Assembly (NCBI GenBank): GCA_001938485.1
Contig: MQRK01192128.1
Location: forward strand, 1-55,195
DNA from: Girardia tigrina
Taxonomy: Eukaryota
DNA: 55,195 nucleotides
Reading direction: 5' to 3'
The position numbers were made by a program, and so were the translations under genes. The notes under the pieces are model-generated. The model was given only the letters and a program-made list of their open reading frames with translations. It ran no database searches and was not told the DNA's origin. This document shows, piece by piece, positions 23,080 to 35,600 of this stretch (position 1 is the stretch's first letter; each line of letters starts with the position of its first letter).

Positions 23080-25213
23080 AATGTGTTAAAAAACTAAGAA
23101 GTTTCCTTGGACTCACCAATTACTATCGAAGATTTATAAAGGATTATACGAAATATTCGAAAGTTCTAGAATCGTTATGCGGCAGCACACAAAATAAAAT
23201 TTGTTGGACAAACGACTGCGAGGAGGCGTTTCAAAATTTGAAAAAAGAACTTACAAAAGTTCCAGTTTTAGCATTTCCAGATTTTTCAAATGAATTTATC
23301 TTGGATGCTGATGCAAATTTTGACCGAATCGGAGCGGTTTTATCGCAATTGGACGAAAATGGACGAGAAAAGCCAATAGCTTATGGATCACGAGCCATGA
23401 ATAAGCATGAGCTTGGTTATTGCATAACAAGAAAAGAATTATTAGCTATATTTTATTTTACCCAACATTTTAAGCACTATTTGTACGGAAAACGCTTCAA
23501 ACTCCGTACTGATCACTAAGCCATAACGTTTATGTTGAAAACAAAAAAAACCTATAACTCCTCAATTTCAGACATGGATTAATCATTTGAGTAGCTTAGA
23601 TATCCAGATGGAGTATAGAAAAGGGGAAGAACACTCTAATGCCGATGCACTATCAAGAACAGATTGTAAAACTTGCGCTCAATGTCAAACAATACATGAA
23701 GATCACAAAACCGGCAAGTTGAAGTCCAAGATTTTGGCTTTAATGTTAAAAGATAATGGTTCAGAATGTCAGGAAGATTCCAAAGAAATAAACGATATAA
23801 AGAACGAGATTGAAAATAATAAGGAAACAAAGTGGAAAATATTGAATAACATTGTTTATACACAAAAAGATAAAATTTGTATTCCTGAAGACAATACAAG
23901 AAAAATTATAACCCTTATTCACGAGCTGCTATGCCACGCGAGAGTTAAGAAAGTTCACGAATACATATCTCGAAAATTTGATATGACAAATAGAAAAAAA
24001 TTAAAACAATTGTGCAGAGTTGTGAAAATTGCCAGAAGAGAAAAGTGTTGACGACTAAAACGAAAGAAAAAGTAGTTAAAAGTAAACCAACTTTCTTATT
24101 TGAAACGATTCATATTGATTTTTGTGGACCTTTTAATACATCATTTGGAAGACAAAAATATATAATGGCAATCATTGACCAATTCAGTAAATATATAATG
24201 CTGACTGCAGTTCCAGATCAAGGAGAACGCACTGTAGCAAATACTTTGAAAAATAAATGGATTTTTAAGTTTGGCGCTCCAAAAATTATAATGTGTGATT
24301 GCGGTAGATCATTTGAATCAAAACTAGTAAAAGAGTTAGCAGAAAATTGTAAAAGTAAAATATTATTCTCTAGCCCTTATCATCATTCTAGTAATGCGCA
24401 GATTGAAAGACAATTTAGGACAATAAGAGATGTCATCCACATATCATTGAAAGACAAAAAAGGCAGAGATTGGACTGAAATTCTGCCTGAAGTAGAATTC
24501 ATGATCAATGGTACTGTAAAAAGTACAATAAAAATGAGCCCAGTAGAACTCATTTTTGAGAAGAAGATTTCAAGAGAATGGTAGAACGAAACCGACAAAG
24601 AAGATGATGAAATTAAATACGTAAAAATACGACAAGAGAAAATATAAAAATTGTATAAAGCAATCCGAGAAAATAATAATAACGATAATAAAGATGAAAA
24701 ACAACTTATCGAAAGTGAATTTAAAGTAGGTGACTTGGTATTGATCAAAAAACCAAATGTGTCAAAAACCGAAGATAGATATGAAGGACCAGCTAAAATT
24801 GTTGAGAAGAGACATGATAAAAGCTATATTATTAGATTCGATGGGGGGCGTACCATTGTAAGAAACGTTGAATGGATAAGACTTTTTAAACCGAGAGGGA
24901 TGTAAGGAAAATTATAATCAAAACTAATAAATGTATGTTGCGTAATTTATGTATGGAATGTTCTAGGTGTGATCTTTGTATTGTTGTGTAATAGGTCACG
25001 ACAGAAATAGTGTGTATGGTGAAATGAATGAGTGTATGTTTGACCCAGATTGATGACGGCATTAATTAATATATATATACTGATGATATTCCTCATTTTA
25101 TTGTCTTTAAATAAATATTATGACAGTCTCAAAGTCTTCTAACAACGCAGACAGATGATTCAGTGTTCTTGTCTGCAGTATTCTTGTCTTGACAATTGTC
25201 AAGAACATTTACA
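23080..25213 (+). mobile_element. Ty3/Gypsy LTR retrotransposon 3' part (RT end, RNase H, integrase, 3' LTR), inactivated
   Basis: LRSFLGLTNYYRRFI, LDADA..IGAVLSQ, TDH, IHIDFCGP, CDCGRSF, IERQFRTI, RYEGP; order RT-RH-IN. Confidence 0.95.
24901..25213 (+). repeat. Gypsy 3' LTR
   Basis: Purine tract gagaggga immediately before TGTAA...; ends ...TTACA. Confidence 0.75.
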
Positions 25214-28200
25214 AGTATATCATCGTAAAATTCATCAAAACAAATTAAAACCAAACCTATTCGTTTTCTCAAAAAATCATTTAAAGTTTAAAATACCTAA
25301 AAGAATAAGTATTCATGGGGCAACCACTTGTATTTTAAAAGTAATTTTTTAATTTGCCTATGGAGGAAGGTTGCCTTAACCAATCCCTAAAGCAATCTAT
25401 TCGCTTTAAAGGATGGGCGGATGGGATACTAGACAGAAATCTAAACATGAATACGATCAATCAGAATTAAAGGATGTTATTGGTGCTGCTCTTAATATTC
25501 TGAAAATTAAGAGAAAATTAACGATGAAACCACGGAAAGTATCAGAAAGTATAATCAGTTCGGTAAGCCTTACGACAATTAACTGGGTCGGGCAAAGCTA
25601 TGTTTTTAGTGTTTAATAAACCCAAAAGTTGGACTGATAGAAAGAAACCAAAATTAATTAGGAGAACAAATTAAGTAGGGTTAGTCGGAATGAAAAAAGA
25701 CGAGTGAACAAAGGTTAATAACCGTAATCAGAAATAAATAATTCGGAAAATTACTTAGAGATTTTCCCGAAATCTCAATGAGAATTAAACACTAATTCCG
25801 TTTCGTTTAATAATTGATTATTATAAACTAGACTATACAGTGATATATACTCAAAAAGTAAACACTCGATTAATCCTGAACTAACAAATAAGAATAGACT
25901 ATTACACAAAATGAGCGCGACATAAATTGGTATTTCTGAATATTGTTGGAATCTGCTTTCCTCAAGAAATTTCTCTTGGGAACATCACTTAAAATTATAT
26001 TGCTAATAAGATTAAGAAAAGTATTCTACAAGGGCATTATACAGACCAGAAATGCGGACCACTGAGTTGAATTCTAATAATATCCATCTGATTAGGAGAG
26101 ACACAATCCCAAATCAACAAACAACATTCAAACATGCAAACTGTTAGGAAGAATATTAGTATTATAAAATTATTATTCAAAATTATAATCATTCAAATAA
26201 ATATTAATTTATATAAAATTAATTAAATGTGGTTCCAATTATTTCATCATTAATTCTCGCATTTTTTATGTATTTGTTTTAATTATTAAATATATTTTGG
26301 GAAACGAAGTTATTGTGTAATTCTTATTAAAAACTAACACAAACAATACACAAAACATCAACATTCCAAATATTCCTCACAAATACGAAGATGCGACTTC
26401 AATTTCTTTTCGAAATGCAAAAGTGAAATCAACATTTTAGAGGATAAAAACTTTAGTCAATGGTGAATAAAATAATTGATCAATTGAGACAATAGAAAAA
26501 GTCTGTAATGAAAGGTATGTGATAATTATTGTGATTAGAGACTGAGTTAAACATGTATTTATCTCAAATTATGACAGAACTAACCTTTTTTAAAATGTAA
26601 CATTGTGATTGTCCAAGCATGTATGGGAGCGTGGCATAATATTTCCCTTTGTAAAGTGATGAGCTCTTGTTCAACATTTACAAGGTGGTCCGGCAAATAT
26701 TTATAGAACTTTTGCCAAACTTCATCACCGTTTATAATTATAGAATGCTATAGAATGTATGCAGTAGTTTTTGTATTAATATTTAAACTTTAATTATATT
26801 TGAATAAGTAAATTTAGTTATAAATGTAAAGTGGAAGAGAAATCTTTCCATTGCTCACTGATAAAAGACATACTTATTTTTGGTTGATACTTGTTAGGAA
26901 TTAAAAATGCTATGAAAATTTTTGAAAGGTTATATTAAATATGTAAAAATTAAAATTTTTATATAATTAAATATGTAACGTTTGAAAAAATAAAATTACT
27001 AAAATTAAGAAGATCAATTAAATTGCTAATAATAAAATTTTTTAAATGTTTTTTAATATAATATAAAAAGTAAAATGTATAATTTTTATGTGGAATGATT
27101 TAAAAAAAATAATAAAATTAAATGAAACGATTAAATATTTTAAAATGTTATCGTAATTTAAAATTGATTTATAAAAGTAATGAAGAAATCAAATATGAAT
27201 ATTTATAAGTTTTTTTTATTTATATTGGTTTAAGATTTATAAAACAATTTGATATGTGGTATAATAAAATTTTTGATGTCAGAAATATCTCATAGTAATA
27301 ATTCCGACGATGTCCCTAGAACCCCTAATAATACTGATTTACAATTTTGTTTCAATGGTGTTTTTATTATAGACAAAATATTTTAACAAGTTAAAGTTCC
27401 AAACTAGTGTTCCTATCAAACTTAAAGTTTGATAGGAACCTTTGCATATCAATGATAATATAAAAGAACAATTAATAATTGTTTCATGGGAGCACGTTTT
27501 GCAAATTTGTTTGGACTGGTCGTAAAAATCCTAGCACGAACCGATACATTACATTTTGCACAGGTAGCTGGATGTCAAAGGCTTTCACATTTTCACACCG
27601 CTTATAATCTTTAGAATCTTCATTTCTTATTAGATACAATAACTGTGAAATATATATTAAAATTCAATTACCTTAAAGTTCCATATAAAATGACTATCAA
27701 AAACATTAACAAATAGTGAAATAGCTGTAAGCCTACTTTTGATCTATCCTGCTGTAGTTATTAGCCATTTGTTATTGGATTTAATCTGATTAAAATTGGT
27801 CCTCTTTTTATAAATTTATTAACTTTAGTTTTTTTTGTGCTCAGGTTTTCTGTTAAATCTCACTGAAGTCATCATTTACTGTTAATTAATTCTACACTCA
27901 ATAAACAGATAATGTGTCAAATAAAGGTGTATCTCTTCTCAGAGGAAACAAAAATTACAATCGATAAAAGTCTTAAATTTAAGAAAGATTCCCTACATAA
28001 GACCCTCTGTGAAGAAAAAAAGAAAACCTATCGAGTGATCAAAGAAAAGAAAACATTGATCATCGAAATAGACTCAATTCTATTTTAGATGCAAAGAGAA
28101 ATTACTGGCAATAAAAATACAAAAAAATAAATAAAAAAAGAGAAGATGTGATCAAATTCTTTATTAAAATGAAAACAATTAGCAAATCATCGAATATAAA

Positions 28201-28576
28201 TAACAAAGTTCCGGTGACTAAATAGCGACGCGTATATGCGCCATATGAGCGAGTCAAAATTTCAATAAGGCCCGTAAGTCAATAATAATAATGATAATAA
28301 TGATAATAATAGTAATATTAATAGTAGTAATAATAATTAATATGCATAAGAATAAGAATATAACATTCTACTCATGACAATAAAAGGACAATTATCAAAA
28401 TATTGACAACAAAATCTTCTGTATATATGTATATGTAGATCTATGCATATCTATATATATCATTATAATAAATATAAGAAAATAAATTCATTCAAACAAT
28501 TTTTGCTATTAATAAAATTTCAGTGCCACAACAATGGAATGTTACATAAGAGATATAAAGGACATTGTTGATTCAT

Positions 28577-28764
28577 TTACAGAACATCAACAACAAATGG
28601 ACTTCCAGGGATATTACTATCTCCCCATTTAACCATTAAATAATGACGACCTTTCTCTTGGACTCGATAATTTATTATAAATTGATTGTTTCCCATATGT
28701 TTCACTGACACTTCTTCGCATTGTGATGTTGGACCCGCAATTCCAACAAACAGAATATCGTTTC
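28577..28764 (-). CDS. FLN: Filamin last coding exon (dimerisation repeat)
   Basis: [25 protein letters not shown]...[13 protein letters not shown], stop TAA. Confidence 0.94.
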
Positions 28765-29503
28765 CTATAATAGAAGAAACTAATTTTGAAAGGAGAGACG
28801 AAATACAAAAACATTGACAAATGTTTGAAAAATTATAATAATGCATTCTACAATATCTCTGATCCTATTGAACTTCAATAAGTGCAATATACAATTATTG
28901 TATATATATACAGGGTGGCCCAATGGGTACGCAGCCTCTAATTTTTGCATATTCTAAATCTACTCGTCAAGACGAGTATTTTGATATATAACATGTGAGG
29001 TGTAAAAATTCCAAAACTTGACCTTTATATATCAAAAAGAATATATCAAAAAACTCGTCTTGACGAGTAGATTTAGAATATGCAAAAATTAGAGGCTGCG
29101 TACCCATTGGGCCACCCTGTATATATCGCAAAATAACAAATGATACACATTTTTGATTGTCTCTACGTTCTCAATCAGATTCTATTGGTTTCAGTGTGAA
29201 AACGTAACTGAATTATTTTTCGAAAAATCTGAAAAATTTGATTTTTTCGAGAATTTTTTGGTTTAAATGATTTAATTTTATCACAACTGAATATTTTAAG
29301 GACAAACTGGATTCACAATGATATTTATATAAAAATTCATTGAACACTTATGACAGAAACGTGTTAGGCACAATAGAAAATTCAATAAATCTAAAGGGTT
29401 ATATCACCAAATATTTATTGCATATAAAAAATCGCAGTTTTCTTTTACTTCACGTCTCATAAAATAACAAATGATGCACCGTTTTGATTGTCTCTATGTT
29501 CTC

Positions 29504-29567
<64 letters not shown>

Positions 29568-29617
29568 NNNNNNNNNNNNNNNNNNNNNNNNNNNNNNNNN
29601 NNNNNNNNNNNNNNNNN

Positions 29618-29653
<36 letters not shown>

Positions 29654-32600
29654 TGTATGCCATGGAAGTTTGAGTACCCCTAGGATATGTTATATTTATA
29701 TAATCTAGTGAAGTACGTACGTACATATATACAACAACAATCACTATTACAATTATATAAATTAATATTTTTATACCTGATGCTAATCAATATATTTTTC
29801 CATTCTTTTTATTAGCTTACTTTCTATATGTATCCATGGAATTTAGTAACCTATTTTTGAAGACTTTTTACTCAATCCATTTTCTTCAAACTTTGCATAT
29901 TTACTCATTTTCGATGAAAATCAAAAAAATTACTTTTGCATAAAATGTTGAACCTGTTTTACATAGCAATGTTTTGGTTTTTTTCCTTCCATGCTTTATT
30001 ATGTTATTGGTAACTATTTAATTGCAAAATGGAGTTGTAAAATTTTTTTTTGTATAAAATTTTACCTTCTACAAAAGGTTTAACCCTTAAATGCATGATT
30101 TTTTATTTTTTCATGAAATATTTGATGACAGCTAAAGAATTTTGACGTTTATATCAATATTGGTGGGAGTTTTGACATGTTTTGTTATAATCGTCATAGA
30201 CAAAAATGTACAAAGATAATTTATTTACAAAGGACAGCAATTATTTACACAAACTGGATGCATGGCACTTTCAAACGTTTGTTGTATCATTTTTGATACA
30301 AGATGCATTCAAGGGTTAAATAGTTGCTATAACCGTAATTAATTTATTAAAAAATGTAATAGTAATTTTCCCTTCTACAAAAGATAACAAAAAAAATTCT
30401 GTTGGCCAAGTAGAGTTTTCTCCACACAAAGAATGGTTATGTAATTTTTTTTTAGATTTACTAGTTATTCTGTCTATTATTTTTTTAATAATATATGAAT
30501 ACTGATTTGATTTGTTAAGAAGCTGTTTTATTGATATCACTACTTTGCTTTTTTCATTGTTGTTGCATTTTTTAAAGCAACCCTGCTTGGTTGGGAGAAA
30601 CGCGCTTTTGCTACAGGCAGTGTCAAAGATAGACCACACAGTGGGAGTAAGAAAACATCAGAAGAAACCTGTGCGCTATCAATCAATCAATTGAGCAGTC
30701 ACCAATTAAATACATTCAGAAAAGATTTCGGTAAAAAAGCATGTATATAGTGTCCCTAAAGTCTGGAAAAACTTAAAATCTCAATAACTTAATTTTTATC
30801 CCTTGAAGATAAGTTTAAATGAACCATCTTTGTAAATCTCACAGAGTGTTTAAATAAAATCCGCCAATGGAGTTTATGTTTTTGCTGTTCTCTTAGGCTT
30901 ATTTTCATACAAATATTAAGGTAGTCCACGAAAATTTTGTAATTTATGCGTTCACAAAAGTGACAGATTGCCGACTTGTACTCTAGGTAATTTTCCAAGT
31001 AATCTCGGTTTTTTATGACTGAAATTTATCATAACATTAATAGAAATTATTGAAATAGAAAATATTGAGTACCAAATGAATTTAGGTTTTACATACAAGT
31101 AGGTAAATTTTAGGATCCCTACCAAATTAATATTAATGTATCTTTTATTACCGGAATTAAGAAGACCTGTACTAAATTTAAGACACAAGGAAAGAGTGAT
31201 CGAAAATCACAAATTTTATTTGAACCATAACATATTAATCATAATCCTTTAGGTCATACAATTTGACAGACATAACATGATCGTTCAAGCAATTAATTTT
31301 TTTGAAGTTTATATTTTTACATGCATACTGACGGTCCTCTGACAGTTAACGTTGTTCATTTTGGTTGACACATTATATAATGATGTCAATCCAATAATTA
31401 CTGGTTATTTTTCTGAGTTCACATCGTAGAACAGTGTTGCCCACGTCATAAACGATATCCATTGTTCGTTTGGAGACGATACTTTTAATCAATTGAACGT
31501 GCTGAAATTAAAAGAGGATGTTGTTCAGTTTAATGCTAGTCGTTAACGACTCGACATTTGGCAACCAAAGAAAGTATTGATGAGTCTCACGTTACTGTAT
31601 TTAACACACTGAAAGAGCTAGCTTATAAACCTTAAATTACTCGTTTGTTCGATTACCTAAGTGATGATTACCTAAACAGGCGAATGCCGAATTGTGCGAT
31701 CATTGACGAAATGTTCAGAACAGATCCTAAAAGAATCAGACTAAGATTATCATTTACATTTGAATAATCGTAATTGCGTTTACTGGAACGCTACCAACTT
31801 GCATCACGTGATCCAAAAAGAAGTAAATTTGACAGGAGTAACTGTTTGGTTCGGTATTTCCTCAGTGAGAATGAGGCCCCTCAGTGGTGTATTGAAAGAT
31901 GAAGTGTACTCCCGCAAACCTATGTCACTTCATCAAATGAGGTTCGAGATTTTTGTACAGATAAACACAAAAAATGTGCAGATCGAGACAGAATAGCGAT
32001 CTACATTCAAAACGATGGCGGATGCTTTGAAAAAGTTTCTCGATCCTTTTCTTTGTATTCCACTTACTTATTTAGTTGAAGAGTAAATAAACTTTAGAGC
32101 AGGGCTGCGGAGTCGGAGTCGTGAAACTCGAGTCCGAACAAAATAATAGCAAATATCATATTGGGTTGGCCAAAAAGTCATTGCGTTTTTTACTAAAATA
32201 TTTATTATCAAAAAATGACATGGATGCACAAATATTTTTACACGATATACTGTCCATTATTTTCAATCACTTTCTTTCACCTTTCCGGTAGCTTCATTAT
32301 TCCTGATTCATAAAAACCTTTGCCTTTGTCAGCAAAAAAGCCGCCTAGGAAAAATTTGATGTCATCATTGGCGAATGTTTTTCTGTTTAAGTAATTCTGC
32401 AGTGATCTAAATAAGTGAAAATTCGATGGGGCCAAGTCTGGAGAATACGGTGGGTGCGGCAAAACCTCCAAACCCAGTGATAAGAGTTTCTGGCGAGTGG
32501 TCAAACTTGTANNNNNNNNNNNNNNNNNNNNNNNNNNNNNNNNNNNNNNNNNNNNNNNNNNNNNNNNNNNNNNNNNNNNNNNNNNNNNNNNNNNNNNNNN

Positions 32601-35600
32601 NNNNNNNNNNNNNNNNNNNNNNNNNNNNNNNNNNNNNNNNNNNNNNNNNNNNNNNNNNNNNNNNNNNNNNNNNNNNNNNNAAGCATAACCTTCTTTTGGT
32701 GAATTTCTGCTTTTGGGATCGTTTTGGCAGGCTCACCACGTTTTGTCCATGATCGTCGGCGTTCCACATTGTTGTAAACAATCCATTTTTCGTCACCCGC
32801 AATCAAGCGCTTCAAAAATGGATCACTTCAATGGATCTCGCTTCGAAAGGGAATCGCAATTGTTTCACCACGTTTCACCAAATGAATTTCTTTCAGTTCA
32901 TGTGGTAACCACATATCGAGTTAACTGACGAATCCAAGTTTCTTTAAATGACTTCCAACACTTGATTTTGATATTTCTAGAGTTTCTGCAACTTCTCTTG
33001 TTGTCATATGTGGATTAGATTTGATCAGTGCTGTTATTTTGTCGCCATCAACTTCAACTGGTCGACCGGAGCGTGGTGCATCTTTCATGTGAAATTTTTC
33101 AGAACGAAATTTAGAAAACCAGTATTGACACTGTCGAAGTTTTAAGGAGTCACTACCATATACAAAACATATCTTCTTATGAGCTTGCACAGCGGTTTCC
33201 CCTTTTCGAAAATAATGCAACAAAACATGACGAATATGTTCATTTTGATTTTCCATTTCGAATTGACGGTAAAGTAATAAATTACAACAAAATCAATTAA
33301 TATTTTGTATAAACATGGTCTGAAAATTAAGGTTTCAGAATATATAATTGAATTTAAATTTTATCACATCGTTTTATATTTTCAAGATTTTCATTAGGAT
33401 GTACTCAAATACGCAATGACTTTTTGGCCAAACCAATAAATCGACCTAAAAAGGAGTCGGGGTAAGGCAATTTTAGTCCAATTCCGCAGGCCTGCTTTAG
33501 AGCAATACAATTTCGCATTACTTTTTTCAACATCCTATATACGAATAATACAAAATAATTATTATAAAATGAAAGATTGATGCGATAGATGTTGTTTAAC
33601 ATGATTTTCTCTCACGATTAAGTTCTGATAAAGATTCAGACTTTACATTAACTAGTCGAACCGATAAACAGTCCAAATAAATACCGACATTTTATCATGA
33701 AAAAAACAAAACCAAGTTTAATATCGAGGAATAACAAATATGTGAAATCATACCAGCTTGAGACGCGTCAACATTAAATGTATTGACTTGGTTAAGACTG
33801 GCCTTTTTAACGCCCATTCCATTACATTGGACTTTATGAGAGAATGATGTCTTTTGTAAAGACTTAGCACTGACAAAAGATTTTCCAACCGTTTCGACCT
33901 TCAAATTTGATTGCTGGTGAACTGGAATTTCGGAACCATTGTTTACGGATCCAGTTATATTAGCCTTAATTCAATCATTAATAACGCTATGATATTTTAT
34001 CACAAATTTACAGTGAACGGAGATCCGGTAATATGATAATTACCCCCATATTTGACTGTTATTTGATATTCTCCTGACACTGAGGGTACATAGATAAATT
34101 CATAGCCCTCTTCATGTTCTTGAGAATAAAGTTGGACTTTACTTGGACCATCAATTGTAACATTAAGGGGTCCAGTTCCAGAGTTTACAGTATTAACAAT
34201 AAAACTATTCTTTTTACCTGATTTAAAAAGAAAACATTAAAATAAAATCTTTAAAATTTTTTCATAATTTAATCAGATTTTATTTAGTTGGTTCGAGTTA
34301 GCAAAGACAAGAACAAACTACAATCATAATGATCATTCTAAAAAATATATCCATGAAGACGCAAAACGAAAAGACAAAGTCCATCGGACAAAGAATCTTT
34401 AACAACCATGTGACAATACGAAGATATTTGATGAGATGATTAAAGTGAAATTTGATATTATTAATGATGAAATAAGAATTCGAAAAGGGTTTATGAAGTG
34501 ACAGAGAGAGAAAGACTTGATGAGTTGTAGATTCTCAACAGGCTCATATTTCTATACTCTCTAAATTATCAATTCCATATTTTTATTACCACAAATTAAG
34601 TTAAGTATTGCTTTTTAAAGACAAATTCGAATAATGTATACATTCATTTTTATTGCTTTAAAAAAAGAAGAAATGATAATCAAGAACCAAAGGAAAACTA
34701 AAATTTTAGTCCGATAGATTTTTGAAATAACCACTTAATTTATATAATTATTAATAATTATTTTTTTCTTTATTTTCTCTTAGCTCCTTTGTGATTTCAA
34801 TCTGAGTTTATTTCTCTTTATATTAGGTTGGGGAAAAAGTAATCCATTATTTTAATCCATTATTTATCGATCAACAATTTCAAATTTATGCTCTTTGTCA
34901 AGGTAACATTTCACAGTAATTTCACAAAAATTTTTTTGCTTTTTTATTCAGTTCTGAGTTACAGGGTGTTAAAAATGGAAGTCAACAAAGAAAAAATTCG
35001 GTATATTTTACAGTTTTTATTCGATAAAGGCGAAAATGCAAGCCAGGTGGATGTTATAGTGAATGGTGTTTATGGTGCCAATATTGTAACAGCTAATTAC
35101 ACGCAATTTTGGTTTCGTCGATTCCGTTGAGGCATTTTTGATGTTAAAGATGCACCTCGCACAGACAGGCCTATCGTTGAAAATGTCGATAAAATCTAGG
35201 CAATGATCGAAGTTGATCGGCATGTTAATAGTCGTAGCATCGCACAGGAGCTGAAGATCGACCACACAACGGTTTTAAACCATTTAGGCAAAGCAGGATT
35301 CAAAAAGAAACTTGATGTTTGGGCTCCACACCAATTAACACCAAAAAACATGATGGATCGAATTTCCATCTGCGAAGCCTTGGCCAAACGAAATGAAATC
35401 GACTCATTTCTTAAACGGATGGTTACTGGGGATGAGAAATGGGTCCAATACGACAATATTATACGAAAACGATCGTGGTCAAAGCACGGTGAAGCACCTC
35501 AAACGGTCGCCAAACCAGGACTAACAGCCAGGAAGGTTCTACTGTGTATTTGGTGGGACTTGAAAGGAATCATTTATTATGAGTTGCTTCCGTATGGCCA

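Noticed and set aside
22971-23519. Single 182-aa gene
   Set aside because: Chance in-frame fusion of Penelope 3' non-coding sequence with a Gypsy RT/RNase H fragment.
25300-25620. Possible psq-HTH/pogo-like transposase start (MGGWDTRQKSKHEYDQSELKDVIGAA)
   Set aside because: Too degenerate, with no matching second end found.
29471-29744. YIYIYI ORFs
   Set aside because: Translation of a (TA)n microsatellite.
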